From the NCBI GenBank assembly GCA_030141605.1, contig JAQGDQ010000060.1, positions 496,001 through 560,000 on the forward strand: DNA of 64,000 bases. Direction: 5' to 3'. This stretch comes from Tubiluchus corallicola. Taxonomy: Eukaryota > Animalia > Priapulida. The stretch's first letter is position 1; each line of letters starts with the position of its first letter. The translations under genes were made by a program, and so were the position numbers. Below, piece by piece: positions 61,232 through 64,000 of the stretch. Below the pieces are notes generated by a model that saw nothing but the letters and a program-made list of their open reading frames with translations, was not told the DNA's origin and did not search any database.

Positions 61232-61781
61232 CTACACATGAAAAACAACAAAATAGAACCGATCAGTAAGTGAAGCTTAAAAATTAAAAAAGAAGACTTT
61301 ACAAAAGTAAAACCAGCAACCGCATAAAACGATGAAAGGTTTCTGAAAACAGAAAGTCCAAATGAGAGTTTCACTAATCACAGAACGATAAGTAAGCCAA
61401 GCCCATGAAACTAATGAAGACAAAATACGTTGACAAATTTATGCAAATAAGTTTAGCTAGATGCACAGCCTTTTAATTAAGACTTTCAGCTTCATTTCAC
61501 ATAAGATATTATTTTCCACACAAATTTATGAATTAACATCATTAAACTACAGAAATTATTAGCTTGTGATCTCCGCACTAAAAGCTAGTTACATAAACAT
61601 GCGCTGCACTCAAGTTATTGTTCATTGGCGTGCGATTAATCAATTAATTAAACAAACCACACACTACAATCATTGATAAAAAAATTAGTAATACTAACAA
61701 CATCGTTATTAACCATATGCACAATGCACGTGTCAAACTTTCATACTTACTACAAAGACACAAGAATCTGTGAAAGCTTTA

Positions 61782-62006
61782 TGGTGCATTCAGACGTAAA
61801 GACTTCCCTCGCAACTTCTCTCTGAGAGTAAAGTAGCACGTGTGAACGGTTTGGCAACTTTTCTCGCAACTTATTGAAAACTAAGCGAGAACTGCTGAGA
61901 GCTAACTAGCGCAATAAGCTGTGAGAGAAATTACCAAGCTGTTCACACATGCGACTTTACTCTCACTGAAAAGTTGCAAGAGACGACTCTACGTCTGAAT
62001 GCCCCA
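61782..62006. mobile_element. PIF/Harbinger-like (Tourist-type) MITE
   Basis: TTA|TGGTGCATTCAGACGTA...TACGTCTGAATGCCCCA|TTA, with a largely palindromic interior. Confidence 0.75.
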
Positions 62007-62249
62007 TTATAATCCGAAGTAGATGTCACTGCCTTTACAAACAGTCATGTGCTCTACTGCGTCTCGAGGCAAAGGCTTTTAACTTATCAGTCAACATCGT
62101 ACAAAAAGCCACAAAAACAAAGTCTGACATTCGCAAAAACACAGCAGTGTGTTAAAAATTCTATATGTATCAGTTTCTGAAAATCCTCTCAAAAAAAGGA
62201 CTTGGCTTTTATTGCTTATAGTCAGCACTAAACAAGGCAGACGACACCA

Positions 62250-62520
62250 AGATCAAGACTAGGATGCTACTTTTAAGACCATGATTAAGACCAACATGAA
62301 AATTTTCTGATCATCACAATACCAAAATCAAGACCTACTAGATCAAGACTAGGATGCTACTTTTAAGACCATGATTAAGACCAACATGAAAATTTTCTGA
62401 TCAACACAATACCAAAATCAAGACCTACTAGATCAAGACTAGGATGCTACTTTTAAGACCATGATTAAGACCAACATGAAAATTTTCTGATCAACACAAT
62501 ACCAAAATCAAGACCTACTA
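62250..62520. repeat. Tandem repeat, 90-bp unit x3
   Basis: AGATCAAGACTAGGATGCTAC...CAAAATCAAGACCTACT starts at 62250, 62340 and 62430. Confidence 0.95.
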
Positions 62521-63557
62521 ATTCAATACAACATTATTCCAGACCGAGTTCGACAGCAAAAATTATGCTTTCACAAAAAACAGCGTTAGGCATGACAAGC
62601 CTGCCTTTAAAATACTTTTCTATATATGTTGTAGTCATTATAACGCATTATATGGTAAATATAACATAAAAATTTAACAAAACAAGATTCCCCAAATAAA
62701 GAATTCTCAAAAGGACAGAAAACAGTCAAATTCAGCAACATAAAAGTACTGATACTGTTGTCTGAACTTGAAATTTGAATCCATAAATTTGTTACGTCTT
62801 TTGCAAATTGATATTTCGGTTGAACAATGGGACGCCATCATATCATGACTGGACTTTTTTAACCGTACTTATCAAGCCTTCACTGCAAATAGAAACTTAT
62901 TAAATTAAAATAATGCAGAATTGAAGATACCTAGTTCAGTCTTCTCGTTCTCATGTATTTATTCAAGTCTGTCTATCTGTACTCCGGGCACACGAAATTT
63001 CGAGAAACTACCCAAGCACTTAGTCAGTCTTCTCACAATTTGCTACTACCTAACTCTGTCTAATGGATGGGATAATTAACTGCACTTTGTGAAATTAATA
63101 CTAAAGTGAAATAAATTTCAAGGCCTGGCTTCGATACCCGGACCAAGGCCAGCACGTACAAACGAAAATCAATCCCAAATCAGTAAAAACTAAAACTTAC
63201 GAGACCGGGAACAAAACTTACAAAAATTGGTCACGATTAAATGCATCACAAACAGGTGTGGATAAAACACTTTATGACAAAATTTAACACATGTACCTCA
63301 CAACTATATATGCATACTGTATCAAACTTCTCACCAAAGTGTGTTGAACTTTATTTGCAAAGGGGGCTTTCACATGCAATGCACATAAAATACAGAAAGA
63401 CATCACAAAGGCACATCAGGACAACTTTGTCTCAGATTAGAAGTCCCACTAAGAGTTAAGCTAACGAACAACATGCGCATAATTAAGAGTTCTCCCGTTA
63501 GTATGAAATCTACTACAGGGGCAAAAAAAAACATTTCTCAGTTTCATTATTAACGAC

Positions 63558-63611
63558 CTGGAATATGTGAAGTCCTCATCAACATCATCATCATATGACA
63601 GTGATATAGAT
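63558..63611 (-). CDS. Candidate 54-nt TRA2 cassette exon (acidic)
   Basis: tttgtttcag|A SISLSYDDDVDEDFTYS AG|gtcgtt. Phase 2/2 fits the RS1 exon, but the donor is weak. Confidence 0.35.
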
Positions 63612-63849
63612 CTGAAACAAATTGTGCAACATGACGGTAAAAAAAACAAAGTGAAAAAACTTCTTACCTCCTTAACTTCACCTCTTAAATTGTCAATAAA
63701 ACCAAGCCACACAGTTTAGAAACAAAGTGACAAAATTTTTCACCGGAAAAGTACTTCAAAGGTCACACGGAAGAAGATTTTCAAAATTAAATTACATTGG
63801 ACATACAAAAGCATATGGAAAACAACAATTAATGTTTATGGTTGAAGTA

Positions 63850-64000
63850 GAAGAAAACCCTTCATAAACATAAAGCTTAAAAAAATTTGTCTTCAAATTT
63901 TATATCACTTATGTACTGCCTTTTTACATACAGGAGCTCAATCAGCAGTCACGCTGTATAAAACAAATTTAAACTCATGCGATGACCGTTAGACGCAGTC
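63850..64000. mobile_element. Kolobok-like family K copy, cut by the window edge
   Basis: Collinear with the first ~150 bp of 14137-14801 and 45603-46190. Confidence 0.65.

Noticed and set aside
63535-63600. C/D-box snoRNA on the - strand (ATGATGA...CTGA)
   Set aside because: No terminal stem or recognisable guide, and the C box falls inside a GAT repeat.

Overview
AT-rich, intron- and transposon-rich eukaryotic DNA, probably a marine invertebrate; the species cannot be read from the sequence. All exons were found by eye from splice sites, phase and remembered protein families, with no database search. Two convergent genes dominate the window. (1) FBXL4 on the + strand has 12 coding exons (2899-28321, 572 aa from the first visible ATG); an intronless secreted pentraxin ORF (7041-8108) sits on the same strand in its third visible intron. 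(2) A transformer-2 (TRA2) splicing factor on the - strand runs from at least 61231 to the stop at 37810 (RS1-RRM-Gly/Tyr-RS2, ending SYSPRRY); its start codon was not found. The best candidate for an undescribed system is the ~15 kb TRA2 intron 44863-59713. It holds two paralogous coiled-coil + BEN-domain ORFs (54555-56031, 48627-50028), each starting at a splice acceptor in frame with the TRA2 RS1 exons, so they could be alternative last exons giving RS-BEN fusion proteins. Read-through needs a 9-nt microexon (59714-59722); skipping it creates TA|A = stop. Both acceptors sit in the same GGATCT-N12-AGATCC hairpin. A duplicated decoy acceptor with an early stop (45046) and an AGAA-rich downstream exon (36035-36181) suggest further autoregulation. 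All isoforms are inferred and need RNA evidence. The rest is MITEs (hAT, Tc1/mariner, Kolobok-like, MULE, Harbinger-like), solo LTRs, LINE fragments and minisatellites.
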